A stretch of 64,000 nt of DNA from positions 576,001-640,000 of the forward strand of contig CAVXJS010000014.1 of assembly GCA_963762145.1 (NCBI GenBank), written 5' to 3'. The translations under genes and the position numbers were made by a program. Positions 30,515 through 40,624 of the stretch are shown here, piece after piece (the first letter of the stretch is position 1; the number at the start of each line of letters is the position of its first letter). The stretch is from an uncultured Candidatus Rokubacteria bacterium (lineage in GTDB: Bacteria; Methylomirabilota; Methylomirabilia; Rokubacteriales; CSP1-6). The notes below the pieces were generated by a model that searched no databases, was not told the origin of the DNA, and saw only the letters and a program-made list of their open reading frames with translations.

Positions 30515-30556
30515 CTGCCCACGACTACTGCCGACGACTACTGCCCACGACTACTG
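30515..30556. repeat. 13-bp tandem repeat x3 (CTGCC(C/G)ACGACTA)
   Basis: Units at 30515, 30528 and 30541, plus a partial fourth unit. Confidence 0.85.
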
Positions 30557-31548
30557 AAAAATCTGATCGGCCCGCTGGAGCAGCGGCTGGGGAATCGACA
30601 GGTTGACCGCCCGGGCCCCCGTCAGATTGACGATCAGATCGAACTTCGTCGGCTGCTGCACCGGCAGCTGCGCGGGCTTGGCCCCCTTGAGGATCCGGTC
30701 CACGTAGACGCCCACCCGTCGGTACATGTGAACGTAGTCGGGGCCGAACGCGATCGTTGCGCCGTCGGCGGCCGCGGCCGGGAACGGGTAGATCGTGCCG
30801 AGTCCCTGACCGGCCGCGGTCTCGATGATCCGGTGCCGGTGCCGGAAGGTGAAGGGGCTGGGCTGGACGACGATCGCGCCGGCGCCCTCGCTCTTCATGG
30901 CGGCCATGACGTGGTTGATCTCGTCGAGGTCCCCGATCCCCCGGGAGCGAAGCTTCACCCCGAGCGACTGCGCGGCCCGATCGGTGGCCTGGAAGCGGTG
31001 CTGCCGTCCGGCCACAGCGTGTGCCAGAGGTAGTCGACGGGCGCCCGCGGCTTGCCCAGCTCACGGGCGAGCTCCACGTATTTCCCGCGCAGCTCGGCGA
31101 GCATGTCGCTGAATCCGGTGGCGTTGCCGCCCGGATGGGAGAGACTCTTGACCATCCCGATCCCGACCGGATTGCCCACGCTGATGAAGACGATCGGGAC
31201 CGTCTTGGTCTGGCGCAGTGACGCCGCCGACGCGCTCGAGCCGCACGGAATCAAGAGCTTGACGCCGCGCTCGAGGAGGCCGTCCACGACCTGGTAGGTG
31301 TCGGGCTCCCGCGCGATCCAGGCGACCTCGAGCGCGACCTGCCGGTTCTCGACGAGGCCGACGTCGCGCAGCCCCGCCCGGAAGGCCTCGACCAGCGATT
31401 GGTCGTAGGCGCTCGCGGGTGATCCGAGCGGGAGCATCCCGATCCGGACCGGGCTCCCGGCCGGTTGGGCGCTCCCGAGTGTGGGGCCCGAGAGGGCGCC
31501 CACGGCCATCGCGCCCAGCAGCGCGCGGCGGGAGACCGGCACGCTCAC
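30551..31548 (-). CDS. ABC transporter substrate-binding protein (ABC_sub_bind type), frameshift near 31005
   Basis: AFRAGLRDVG, PIVFISVGNPVGIGMVKSLSHPGGNATG; then YVDRILKGAKPAQLPVQQPTKFDLIVN in the second frame. Confidence 0.82.
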
Positions 31549-31603
31549 GGGATGGCGGGACAGGTCCGCCGCGGCCGCAGTCGCTCGAGACGGCGCCGGC
31601 CGA

Positions 31604-32362
31604 TCACTGCGCCAGCGCCCCGCCGTCGATGAGAACCTCGCTGCCGGTCATGTAGGACGAGTCGTCGGAGGCCAGGTAGAGCACCGCGCTCACGATCTCG
31701 GCCACCGTGCCCATGCGCCCCAGCGGGATGCGCTGGAGCCGGCGCGCCATCGCGTCCTTGTCCTGGAAGGCCTTGTGGAACATGTCGGTGTCCACCGGGC
31801 CCGGGTGCACCGAGTTGCAGCGGATCTTGTCCTTGGCGTGCTGGCTCGCGGTCACCTTGGTGAAGATGCGGACCGCGCCCTTGCTCGCCGCGTAGGCCGG
31901 CTCCTGGTGCAGCGACTGGCCGATGCCCGCCACCGACGAGATGTTCACGATCGACCCGCCGCCCGCCCGGCGCATGGCCGGGATCGCGTGCTTGGTGCCG
32001 AGGAAGACGCCGCGGGCGTTGATCGCCATCACCTGGTCCCACTCGGCCACCGTGCGCTGCTCGATCGGCACCCGGGGGATCGTGATGGCCGCGTTGTTGA
32101 TGAGGATGTCGAGCTTGCCGTAGCGCTCGACCGCGGTGCGGACCGCCGCCTCCCAGTCCTCCTCGCGGCTCACGTCGAGATGGAGATAGACCGCCTCGCC
32201 GCCCGCGGCGCGGATCGCCGCCTCCACCTTCTTGCCGTCGTCGTCCCGAACGTCGCCGAAGACGACCCGGGCGCCCTCCCGGACGAACGTCTCCGCCTCG
32301 GCCGCGCCCTGGCCCCGCGCCCCGCCGCTGATCAGCGCCACCTTCCCGTCGAGCTTTCCCAT
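31604..32362 (-). CDS. SDR-family oxidoreductase (3alpha,20beta-HSD/cyclopentanol dehydrogenase-like)
   Basis: GGARGQG, NNAA, NISS, YAASKG and SVHPG motifs. Confidence 0.92.
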   Translation of the reverse strand: MGKLDGKVALISGGARGQGAAEAETFVREGARVVFGDVRDDDGKKVEAAIRAAGGEAVYLHLDVSREEDWEAAVRTAVERYGKLDILINNAAITIPRVPIEQRTVAEWDQVMAINARGVFLGTKHAIPAMRRAGGGSIVNISSVAGIGQSLHQEPAYAASKGAVRIFTKVTASQHAKDKIRCNSVHPGPVDTDMFHKAFQDKDAMARRLQRIPLGRMGTVAEIVSAVLYLASDDSSYMTGSEVLIDGGALAQ

Positions 32363-32377
32363 GGCCGGGGATGATAC

Positions 32378-32488
32378 CTGGGGTCAGGTCTTGAAATACG
32401 ACATTCTTGCGTCGCCGCGGTGTGCGGGCGCGCCTCGGAATGTCGTATTTCAAGACCTGACCCCAGATTGACCTGACCCCAGATTGAC
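32378..32488. repeat. Inverted-repeat element, family A, with a 16-bp tandem duplication of its right end
   Basis: Perfect 29-bp arms at 32378-32406 and 32438-32466; GACCTGACCCCAGATT repeated at 32454 and 32470. Confidence 0.92.
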
Positions 32489-32520
32489 AAGGCGCGACCG
32501 GACGTGCGATTGAATCGCCC

Positions 32521-33897
32521 ATGCTGGAAGAGCCGACGTCGCTGCGGATCGAGGATCCGGGAGTGCGCGCCCTCTTCACCGAGCCGGCGCGCTTTCAATC
32601 CTGGCTGGACGTGGAGGCCGCGCTCGCGCGGGCGCAGGCCGAGCTGGGCATCATCCCGGAGGCCGCCGCCCGCGAGATCGTGCGCAAGGCGCAGCTGTCG
32701 TACCTGGACCTGGGCGCCGTGCGCGAGGGGCTGGCGCGCACGGGGCACCCGCTGGTGCCGCTGGTGTGGGAGCTCGACCGGGCCTGCGAGGGTGACGCGG
32801 GCGGCTACGTGCACTGGGGCGCGACCACCCAGAACGTCACCCAGACCGGCCAGCTCCTCCAGGTGCGCCGCGCCCACGCGATCTTCCTGCGCCAGCTCGC
32901 GGCGATCCTGACCACCCTGGCCGACCTGGCCGAGCGCACCAAGGACGTGCTGCTGCCGGGGCGCACCCACGGGCAGCACGCGGTGCCGGCCACCTTCGGG
33001 TTCAAGGTCGCGGTGTGGATCGACGAGCTGGGCCGTCACGTCGAGCGCCTCCAGGGCTGCGAGGACCGCGTGTTCGTGGCGATGCTGGGCGGCGGCGCGG
33101 GCACGCTCGCCTCGCTGGGCGAGCTCGGCCTCGCCACCCAGGAGCGAATGGCGGCCCACCTCGGCATGCGGCCGATGCCCTTGCCCGCCCGCACCATCGG
33201 CGACCACCAGGCCGAGTACGTGCTGTTGCTGGCCATGCTCGCGGCCACCTCGAGCAAGATCGGGCGCGAGATCTACACGCTCATGAAGCAGGAGTTCGGC
33301 GAGGTCGAGGAGCCGGTGCCGCCCGGCACGGTGGGCAGCAGCACGATGCCGCAGAAGCGCAATCCCAAGCTCTCGCAGGACATCATCGCGGCGGCGGCGC
33401 AGATCCGCGCGCTGGCCCCGCTGGCGCTCGAGGCCATGCAGACCGAGCACGAGGCCGATCGCACCACCAGCATCATGATGAGCCGCGCGATCGTGCAGGC
33501 CTGCGAGCTGACCGGGGACATGCTGCAGCGGATGATGGCCCTCTTCGACGGGCTCCAGGTCTTCCCGGACCGCATGCGGGAGAACCTCGACCTCTCGGGT
33601 GGCCTCATCATGGCCGAGGCGCTCATGCTCGAGCTGGGCAAGCAGATCGGCCGACAGCGCGCCCACGACGCGGTGTACGAGGCCGCGCAGGGCTCGGTGA
33701 CCGAGGGCCGCCCGTTCCGCGAGATGCTGGCCCTCGACCCGCACGTGAGCGCCGGGCTCACCCCGTCGCAGATGGAGGCGCTGCTCGATCCCGCGCGCTA
33801 CGCCGGGCTCTGCCGCGAGTTCGCGGAGCGGGGCGCTGCGCAGGGCCGGCAGATCGCGGCGGCGATCGAGCGCCGGCCCGCGAGCCGCGCTACCTGA
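32521..33897 (+). CDS. Adenylosuccinate lyase / 3-carboxy-cis,cis-muconate cycloisomerase family protein
   Basis: HWGATTQN, GRTHGQHA and GSSTMPQKRNP fumarase-superfamily signature. Confidence 0.88.
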   Translation: MLEEPTSLRIEDPGVRALFTEPARFQSWLDVEAALARAQAELGIIPEAAAREIVRKAQLSYLDLGAVREGLARTGHPLVPLVWELDRACEGDAGGYVHWGATTQNVTQTGQLLQVRRAHAIFLRQLAAILTTLADLAERTKDVLLPGRTHGQHAVPATFGFKVAVWIDELGRHVERLQGCEDRVFVAMLGGGAGTLASLGELGLATQERMAAHLGMRPMPLPARTIGDHQAEYVLLLAMLAATSSKIGREIYTLMKQEFGEVEEPVPPGTVGSSTMPQKRNPKLSQDIIAAAAQIRALAPLALEAMQTEHEADRTTSIMMSRAIVQACELTGDMLQRMMALFDGLQVFPDRMRENLDLSGGLIMAEALMLELGKQIGRQRAHDAVYEAAQGSVTEGRPFREMLALDPHVSAGLTPSQMEALLDPARYAGLCREFAERGAAQGRQIAAAIERRPASRAT

Positions 33898-35416
33898 GCT
33901 TCAGGTCCTCGTAGGGCGACAGGTACGGGTGCCCGGGGATCGTGGGCGCCTCGCCGAGCCGCGATCCGATGCCGATGAGGAGCGGCGGCTCCACGATGGG
34001 CGCGAACATCGCGCGCTCGTGCATGAGCTGCTGGATCCGGTGGAGCAAAGCCTCGCGGCGCTTGCGGTCGGGCTCGGCGGCCTGGTCCCGGAAGAGCGCG
34101 TCGATGTCCGGGTAGCCGCCGTACGAGCGGATCCCGGTCGAGAGCACGAAGGCCTCGATCCGCGTCGCCGCGTTCCCGGCGGTGCCGCTGCCCACGCGAA
34201 TCAGATGCTTGAACTGCTTGTCCTGGTCCGCCTTGTAGAAGGCGGCCCGCTCCATCGGGCGCAGGCGTGAGCGGATCCCGATGGCCTGGAGCCCGTTGAT
34301 GACCGCCTCGGCTTCGGGCGCGAAGACCACGTCGGTCGCGACCTCGACCGCGTCGAAGCCCTTCGGGTAGCCGGCCTCGGCCAGGAGCTGCTTCGCCCGC
34401 GCCGGATCGTGCGGGTACTCGGGGGGCGCCCAGTAGAAGTCGTAGTCCCGGGGGATGATGCTCGAGGCCGCCTTGCCGAATCCGAGATACTCCGCCTGGC
34501 TCAGGGTCTTGCGGTCGATGGCCAGGTTGGCCGCGAGGCGCACCCGGCGGTCGGCCCACGGTGACTTCGGATCCCACTGCTGGGTGAACACGAGCCACTC
34601 AGTGAAGGTCGGGTAGGTGACCTTGAGGGTGAGGCCCGGCGTCCGCCGCACCTCCTCGCCGAGCGGGCCGCGCAGCGTGTAGGCCACGTCGGCCTCGGCG
34701 CGCTTGAGCATGGCCAGGCGCGTCGATTCGTCGGGGACCACCTTGAAGATGAGCCGCTTCACGGCCGGCGCCTTCCGCCAGTAGCCGTCGTGCGCCTCCA
34801 CGACCAGCTCCACCCCGGGGGAGAAAGAAACGAAGCGGTACGGGCCCGCGCCGACCGGCGCCCGCTTGAAGCCGTCCTCGCCGACGCGCTCGGTGTAGGC
34901 CTTCGGCACGATCCAGGCCGCCCCGCTGGCCGGCGTCGCGTAGAACGTCATGAAGTCGGGCCACGGCTGCTTGAGCCGGAAGCGCACGCGGTGGGTGTCC
35001 ACGACCTCGACCGCGGCGAGGTGGGCCTTGAGCGTGGTCGCGGCGGCGCCCTTGTACCGCTCGAAGGAGAACTTCACGTCCTCCGCGGTGAGCGGGTCGC
35101 CGTTGTGGAAGCGCACGCCCTTGCGAAGCACGAACTCGTAGGTGAGCCCGTCCTTCGACTGCGTCCACGACTCGGCGAGGCACGGCGCCCAGGCATTGCC
35201 CGGCATCGGCTTCACCAGCGCGTCGTGGAGCGCGTAGAGCGTCAGGAACGGGGTGATGACGCCCGGCGTCTCGGCGGGGTCGAACCACGTGGGGGCCAGC
35301 GAGACGTGGACGGCAAGCGTGATCTGCCCGTCCGCCGCGCCGGCCGGCGAGGGCGCCAGCCAGAGGGCCAGGGCGAGAACGAGGGCGACGAGCGGTCGGG
35401 ACCGGCCGCGCTCCAC
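33890..35416 (-). CDS. ABC substrate-binding protein, family 5 (paralogue of 1167-2708)
   Basis: FHNGDPLTAEDVKFS, WDPKSPWADRRVRLAA and SPYEDLKLR motifs; start uncertain (GTG 35416 or 35431). Confidence 0.9.
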   Translation of the reverse strand: MERGRSRPLVALVLALALWLAPSPAGAADGQITLAVHVSLAPTWFDPAETPGVITPFLTLYALHDALVKPMPGNAWAPCLAESWTQSKDGLTYEFVLRKGVRFHNGDPLTAEDVKFSFERYKGAAATTLKAHLAAVEVVDTHRVRFRLKQPWPDFMTFYATPASGAAWIVPKAYTERVGEDGFKRAPVGAGPYRFVSFSPGVELVVEAHDGYWRKAPAVKRLIFKVVPDESTRLAMLKRAEADVAYTLRGPLGEEVRRTPGLTLKVTYPTFTEWLVFTQQWDPKSPWADRRVRLAANLAIDRKTLSQAEYLGFGKAASSIIPRDYDFYWAPPEYPHDPARAKQLLAEAGYPKGFDAVEVATDVVFAPEAEAVINGLQAIGIRSRLRPMERAAFYKADQDKQFKHLIRVGSGTAGNAATRIEAFVLSTGIRSYGGYPDIDALFRDQAAEPDRKRREALLHRIQQLMHERAMFAPIVEPPLLIGIGSRLGEAPTIPGHPYLSPYEDLKLR

Positions 35417-35459
35417 GGCGGGAGCATACACTTGGGACCCGCCCCGCAGCAGGGCCGGC

Positions 35460-35861
35460 TCAGTCGATGACCGCGATCGCCTCCACCTCCACCACCAGGT
35501 CGGGATGGGCGAGCTTGCGCACCTCCACCGTGGTGCTGGTCGGGAGCGCGCCGAAGTACTCCATGCGCACGTCCACGTGCTTGAAGAACTCCTCGATGTC
35601 GGTCACGTAGGTGTTGGTCTTCACGATGTCGTCGAGGGTGGCGCCCGCCGCGGCCAGCGCCGCCTTGATATTCTCGCCCACCTGACGGAGCTGCGCGCGC
35701 ATGTCGCCCGCCCCAACCACCTCGCCGCTCGGGCTCCGGGCGAGCTGGCCCGACACGAAGATCGTCCTCTTGCCCTCGACGACCACCACGTGGGAGTAGA
35801 GCACGTGGCCGCCGACGACTCTCTTGCTGAGGGAGGCCGGTTGGATGTTCTGTCGCTTCAT
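35460..35861 (-). CDS. RidA/YjgF family protein
   Basis: IFVSGQ, NIKAALAAAG and PTSTTVEV..L.HPDLVVEVEAIA motifs. Confidence 0.9.
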   Translation of the reverse strand: MKRQNIQPASLSKRVVGGHVLYSHVVVVEGKRTIFVSGQLARSPSGEVVGAGDMRAQLRQVGENIKAALAAAGATLDDIVKTNTYVTDIEEFFKHVDVRMEYFGALPTSTTVEVRKLAHPDLVVEVEAIAVID

Positions 35862-35899
35862 GGGGACGTATGATAGCGGGCCGGGAGGGAGAACACCAC

Positions 35900-36787
35900 A
35901 TGCTACCAACCCATGGACGCTACGATTACTCGAGCATCACGGCACGGCCGGACTACAGCTGGCCGGGCGGCCGGCGGCTGGCCGTCTACATCGCGCTCAA
36001 CGTCGAGGCGTTCGGGTTCGGGGTGGGCAAGGGCGCGGCGATCGCGCCGCCGGATCAGGCCCAGAGCCACTCCGTCTACAGCTGGCGGGACTACGGCAAC
36101 CGGGTGGGCATCTGGCGCCTCTTCGAGCTGCTCGACGAGCTCGGGCTGCCCGCCGAGGCCCAGCTCAACGCCGCGATCTACGACGTCGCGCCCGACGTCC
36201 CGGCGCGCCTGCGGGCCCGCGGCGACGAGATCCTGGGCCACGGGCTGACCAACTCGGACGAGCAGGGGCATCTCTCGGAGCCGGAGGAGCGCGCGCTGAT
36301 CGAGCAGGCCACCGCCACGATCGCGCGCCACGAGGGGGCGCGCCCGGTCGGCTGGATGAGCCCGTGGCTCTCCAACAGCCCGGTCACCATGGACCTGCTG
36401 CAGGAGGCGGGCTACCGCTACGTGATGGACTGGACCATGGACGATCAGCCGGTGTGGCTGCGCACCCGCAAGGGCCGTATCCTCGCGGTGCCGTACCCGA
36501 TCGAGGTCAACGACACGCGCGGGATCGTGTGGTACCGCTACACCGCGGACGAGTTCGCGGACATGATCGTGGATCAGTTCGACGAGATGCTGACGCAGTC
36601 GGCGGGCCAGCCGCTGGTGTGCCCGATCTCGCTGCACCCCTTCGTGATCGGCCGGCCGTACCGCATCCGGCGGCTGCGCCGGGCCCTGCAGCACATCCTC
36701 GGCCACCGCGAGCGCGTCTGGCTGACCCGCCCGCGCGACATCTGTGCCCACGTCGAAGCGCTGCCGGCCGGGGTCGTGCCCGGCTAG
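35900..36787 (+). CDS. Polysaccharide deacetylase/PuuE-like protein
   Basis: WPGGRRLAVY, WRDYGNRVGIWR, GWMSPW, DDQPVW and SLHPFVIGRP motifs. Confidence 0.88.
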   Translation: MLPTHGRYDYSSITARPDYSWPGGRRLAVYIALNVEAFGFGVGKGAAIAPPDQAQSHSVYSWRDYGNRVGIWRLFELLDELGLPAEAQLNAAIYDVAPDVPARLRARGDEILGHGLTNSDEQGHLSEPEERALIEQATATIARHEGARPVGWMSPWLSNSPVTMDLLQEAGYRYVMDWTMDDQPVWLRTRKGRILAVPYPIEVNDTRGIVWYRYTADEFADMIVDQFDEMLTQSAGQPLVCPISLHPFVIGRPYRIRRLRRALQHILGHRERVWLTRPRDICAHVEALPAGVVPG

Positions 36788-36797
36788 CGTCGAGGTG

Positions 36798-37601
36798 ATG
36801 GACCGCGGACGGCTCACGGATCGGGGGATCTGGGTGGCGCGCGGCGGGCGCGGCGAGCGCCTGCTCGTCCTCCTGCACGGCATGGGCGCCAACGCGGACG
36901 TCTGGGAGCGCCTGCTGCCATTCGTCGAGAGCGCCTGGCGCGGCCGATGGCTGGCCCCGGACCTGCGTGGCCACGGGCGCTCGGTCCGGGAGGGCCCTTA
37001 CGGGTTCGGCGCGCACGCCGCCGACGTGGCGGCCCTCATCGAGGCGGAGGCGCCGGGTGCGGTCACGCTGGCCGGGCATTCGTTCGGCGGGGCGGTGGCC
37101 GCGCTGGTGGCCAGCGGGTGGTTCGGTCCCCGCGCGCGGGACGTCGCGGCATTCGGCGTCAAGATCGACTGGACGGCGGACGAGACCACGAAGGCCCGCG
37201 AGCTGGCCGGTCGCCCCGCGACCGTCTTCGCCACCCGCGAGGAGGCGACCGCGCGCTACCTCCGGGTCTCGGGGCTCACCGGTCTCGCGCCGCCCTCCTC
37301 GGCGACCGCGGTCGCCGGGGTGACCGGGGCGGAGGGCGGCTTCCAGGTGGCCTTGGATCCGCGCGTCTACGGCGCGGTGGGCCCGTCGGTCGAGGGCCTG
37401 CTGCGCCTCGCGGAGGCGCCGCTCCGGCTCGCCGCGGGTGGTCGGGATCCGATGGTGACGCTCGAGCGGATGCGGCGCATCGACCCCGCCGCGCGGGTCT
37501 TCGAGGGGGTCGGCCACAACGCCCACTGGGAGGCCCCCGAACAGGTCTGGGAGTTCATCGCGGGAGGTTTGGCGGCTTCCTCGGCTACCCTGTTCGAGTG
37601 A
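36798..37601 (+). CDS. Alpha/beta hydrolase
   Basis: LLHG, PDLRGHG, GHSFG nucleophile and GHNAHWE motifs. Confidence 0.88.
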   Translation: MDRGRLTDRGIWVARGGRGERLLVLLHGMGANADVWERLLPFVESAWRGRWLAPDLRGHGRSVREGPYGFGAHAADVAALIEAEAPGAVTLAGHSFGGAVAALVASGWFGPRARDVAAFGVKIDWTADETTKARELAGRPATVFATREEATARYLRVSGLTGLAPPSSATAVAGVTGAEGGFQVALDPRVYGAVGPSVEGLLRLAEAPLRLAAGGRDPMVTLERMRRIDPAARVFEGVGHNAHWEAPEQVWEFIAGGLAASSATLFE

Positions 37602-37605
37602 GCCC

Positions 37606-39072
37606 ATGAAGCCCGCGCCCATCTCCCGACGCGCGCTGCTCGGCACCGGCGCGGCCGCCGCGCTCGTGCGGGCGGTCCCCGCGGGGGCCCAGGCGCCCGC
37701 GACGCCGCCGGTCCTCGACGACGCCAGCCGGCTCAACGCGACGCCGGTCGCCCGCCACTGGCGTCCCACCCGGATCACCGGCGACGCCTGGCTCGACGCG
37801 CTCCGCGCCGAGCTGCGGGCGGCGGCGGCCGCGGGCCGGCCCGTCGCGCTGGGCGCGGCCCGGCACTCGATGGGTGGGCAGGCGCTCATGCGCGACGGCG
37901 TCGCGATGACCCTGGACGTGAAGCCGGGCGCCGAGCCCTGGATCGTGCTGGATCGGAGCTCGCGCACGTTCCACGTCGCGCCGGGCGCGCGCTGGCGGCA
38001 GGTGATCGGCGCGCTCGACCCGGCGGGCTTCTCGCCCGCGGTGATGCAGTCCAATCACGACTTCGGCGTCGCTGCGACGTTCTCGGTCAACGCCCACGGC
38101 TGGCCCGCGCCCTACGGGCCATTCGGCTCGACGGTCCGGTCGCTCCGCCTCATGCTCGCCTCCGGCGAGGTCGTCACGTGCGGGCCCACCGAGAACCCCG
38201 AGCTCTTCTCGCTCGCCATGGGCGGCTACGGACTCTTCGGCGTCATCGTGGACCTCGAGGCGGCGATGGTGGACAACGTGCTGCTGCGCCCGACCTACGA
38301 GCTGATGCCCGCCGCGCAGCTCGGCCCGCGCTTCGTGGCGAGCCTGGCGCAGGACGCCGCGATCCGCATGGCGTACGGGCGCCTGGCGGTGGACGCCGAG
38401 CGGTTCCTCCGCGACGCCCTGCTCGTCACGCTCCGGCCCGTGGCGGGCGCGCCACCGGCCGCGACGTCGGGCGGCCTCTTCGTCACGCTCTCCCGCGAGG
38501 TCTTCCGTGCCCAGATCGGCTCGGACCGGGCCAAGCGGGCCCGCTGGTACGCGGAGACGGTCGCGGGCCCGCGGGCGTCCTCCGGGATCGCGTCGCGCAA
38601 CCGCCTCCTGAACGAGCCGGTGGCGAACCTGGCCGGCCGGGATCGGTCGCGCACCGACATCCTGCACGAGTACTTCCTGCCCGCGGCGGGCCTCGAGCCG
38701 TTCCTCACCGCGTGCCGGACCGCCATTCCGGAATCCCGGCAGGAGCTGCTGAACGTCACGCTCCGCTACGTGCAGGAGGACCGGACCAGCGCGCTGGCCT
38801 TCGCGCGGGGCGACCGGATCGCCGCGGTGATGCTCTTCTCGCAGCGGATGACGCAGGCCGATGAGGAGGACATGAGGGCGATGACCCAGATCTTGATCGA
38901 CGCCGCGCTCGACGCGGGCGGCAGCTTCTACCTTCCGTACCGGCTGCACGCCCGCCCCGACCAGGTCGTGCGGGCGTACCCGCGCCTCGAGGAGGTGGTG
39001 GCCCGCAAGCGCCACCACGATCCGGGGCTGCTCTTCCGGAACGCGATGTGGCACCGGTACTTCGCGCCATGA
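37606..39072 (+). CDS. Tat-exported FAD-binding oxidoreductase (VAO/DprE1-like)
   Basis: SRRALL signal; GARHSMGG, SVNAHG, GGYGLFGVI, GSFYLPY and DPGLLFRN motifs. Confidence 0.85.
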   Translation: MKPAPISRRALLGTGAAAALVRAVPAGAQAPATPPVLDDASRLNATPVARHWRPTRITGDAWLDALRAELRAAAAAGRPVALGAARHSMGGQALMRDGVAMTLDVKPGAEPWIVLDRSSRTFHVAPGARWRQVIGALDPAGFSPAVMQSNHDFGVAATFSVNAHGWPAPYGPFGSTVRSLRLMLASGEVVTCGPTENPELFSLAMGGYGLFGVIVDLEAAMVDNVLLRPTYELMPAAQLGPRFVASLAQDAAIRMAYGRLAVDAERFLRDALLVTLRPVAGAPPAATSGGLFVTLSREVFRAQIGSDRAKRARWYAETVAGPRASSGIASRNRLLNEPVANLAGRDRSRTDILHEYFLPAAGLEPFLTACRTAIPESRQELLNVTLRYVQEDRTSALAFARGDRIAAVMLFSQRMTQADEEDMRAMTQILIDAALDAGGSFYLPYRLHARPDQVVRAYPRLEEVVARKRHHDPGLLFRNAMWHRYFAP

Positions 39073-39515
39073 ACCCGCTGCGGTTCCTCGCCCTCGTCTA
39101 CGCGGCGCTCTTCGTGCTCGTCACCAGCCTGAACTACATCCCCGGGCTCACCGACGCGGAGGGGCGCACCTTCGGCCTCTTCGCGCTCGACGTCTTCGAC
39201 GACGCGCTGCACGCGGCCTCGGGTCTCTGGGCCGCGCTGGCCGCGTGGTGGTCCACGCGCGCCACCGTCACCTACTTCCGCTGGTTCGGCACCCTCTACT
39301 GCCTCGACGGGCTGCTCGGACTCGCCACCGGCTCGGGCTACCTCGACCTCGGCATCTTCCTCCACGGTGCGCTGGACCTGCCGTTCACGACCCGCGTCCT
39401 CATGAACCTGCCCCACATCGCGATCGGCGGCTTTGCCGCGTTCACCGGCTTCGTGCTGGCCCGCCGCTGGGCGCCGAGCGCGGCCGGGTCGCGCCCCGCG
39501 GGAGCGCGCTACTAG
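39069..39515 (+). CDS. Small membrane protein (DUF4383-like)
   Basis: About four hydrophobic helices; FGLF..D..DDALH and NLPH motifs; ATGA overlap with the oxidoreductase. Confidence 0.7.
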   Translation: MNPLRFLALVYAALFVLVTSLNYIPGLTDAEGRTFGLFALDVFDDALHAASGLWAALAAWWSTRATVTYFRWFGTLYCLDGLLGLATGSGYLDLGIFLHGALDLPFTTRVLMNLPHIAIGGFAAFTGFVLARRWAPSAAGSRPAGARY

Positions 39516-39516
39516 G

Positions 39517-40605
39517 ATGCGCCGCTGGGCGAAGCGTGTCGCGGGTGCGCTCGCCGTCCTCGTCCTGATCCTGCTAACGCCCATCCTCTGGGTCGAAGTC
39601 GCCTGCACGACCGCGCGCGAGCCCGGCACCCTGGCCCGCGCGCCGCTCGTGAACGAGCGCGGCTACGCGCGGCGCGAGGCGGACAGCTATCTGTCCTTTC
39701 CCGAGTGGCACATCGTCTATGCCTACGAGGACCTGGCCGCGGTCCTGCGCCGGGGTAACGAGAGCGACTTCGCCTACGGCCGGCAGATCCTCCGGTTCTG
39801 GACGAGCCTCTGCGGGCTCACCCGCGTGGTGACCGCGCGCGGTCCGGTAGGGATGGACACCCGGATCATGCTCTACACGATCGGGTGGAGCTTCACCGCC
39901 GAGCTCGCCATCAAGGGCGCTTACGAGGAAACCGTGGGGCGCGCCTTCGAGCGGCTCCGCGGGCCCAACAAGACCGCCGAGGACGAGTTCGCCGCGCGCG
40001 ACATGCACGCCTACGCCGAGTTCCTGCGGCAGACCCCCTGGTACGAGTATCCGTTTGGCTGGCGCCTGCTCGCGTTCTGGCGAAGCACCCCGCTGTGGGG
40101 CGACGGCCTCGTGCGAAAGATCGAGCGCCGGGTCGTGTTCACCACCGAGTACGCCACGAAGGCGGTGTACGGCGCGCTGATCGGCTACGTGTCCGGCGCC
40201 ACCCTGGGAGCCTCGGATCTCGAGATCCACACGGTGGTGGTCGGGCTCGAGCCCGGCGACGCGGCCCGCGAGCCCAAGATGCGGATCGTGCGCGAGCTCG
40301 GCGGCGGCCGCACCCTGATCCGTACGCCGCGCTACCAGGCCTACACCGATCTGCTCGTCCGTCTCGCGCGACGCGGGCGCGCGTTCGCGGAGATCGCCGG
40401 CAACCACCGCATCCTGGTCACCGTGCTGGCGCCGCCGGATCCACTCCCGCCGGTGCCCGGCGCCACGGAGCTGTTCGAGGCGCCGATCCAGTCAGGCCCG
40501 GACCGCCGCCGCCTCGGCCTCGACGTCTCCGTCGAGAGTCTGGCCGCGGCGATCCGGGCGCTGGAGGCCGCGGGCGCCTCCATCGAGCACATCTATGACT
40601 ACTGA
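39517..40605 (+). CDS. Hypothetical membrane-anchored protein
   Basis: N-terminal TM anchor; SYLSFPEWHIVYAYE, IKGAYEETVGR and PWYEYPF motifs; C-terminus EHIYDY. Confidence 0.75.
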   Translation: MRRWAKRVAGALAVLVLILLTPILWVEVACTTAREPGTLARAPLVNERGYARREADSYLSFPEWHIVYAYEDLAAVLRRGNESDFAYGRQILRFWTSLCGLTRVVTARGPVGMDTRIMLYTIGWSFTAELAIKGAYEETVGRAFERLRGPNKTAEDEFAARDMHAYAEFLRQTPWYEYPFGWRLLAFWRSTPLWGDGLVRKIERRVVFTTEYATKAVYGALIGYVSGATLGASDLEIHTVVVGLEPGDAAREPKMRIVRELGGGRTLIRTPRYQAYTDLLVRLARRGRAFAEIAGNHRILVTVLAPPDPLPPVPGATELFEAPIQSGPDRRRLGLDVSVESLAAAIRALEAAGASIEHIYDY

Positions 40606-40624
40606 CCGCGACTGCTGACGAGGC

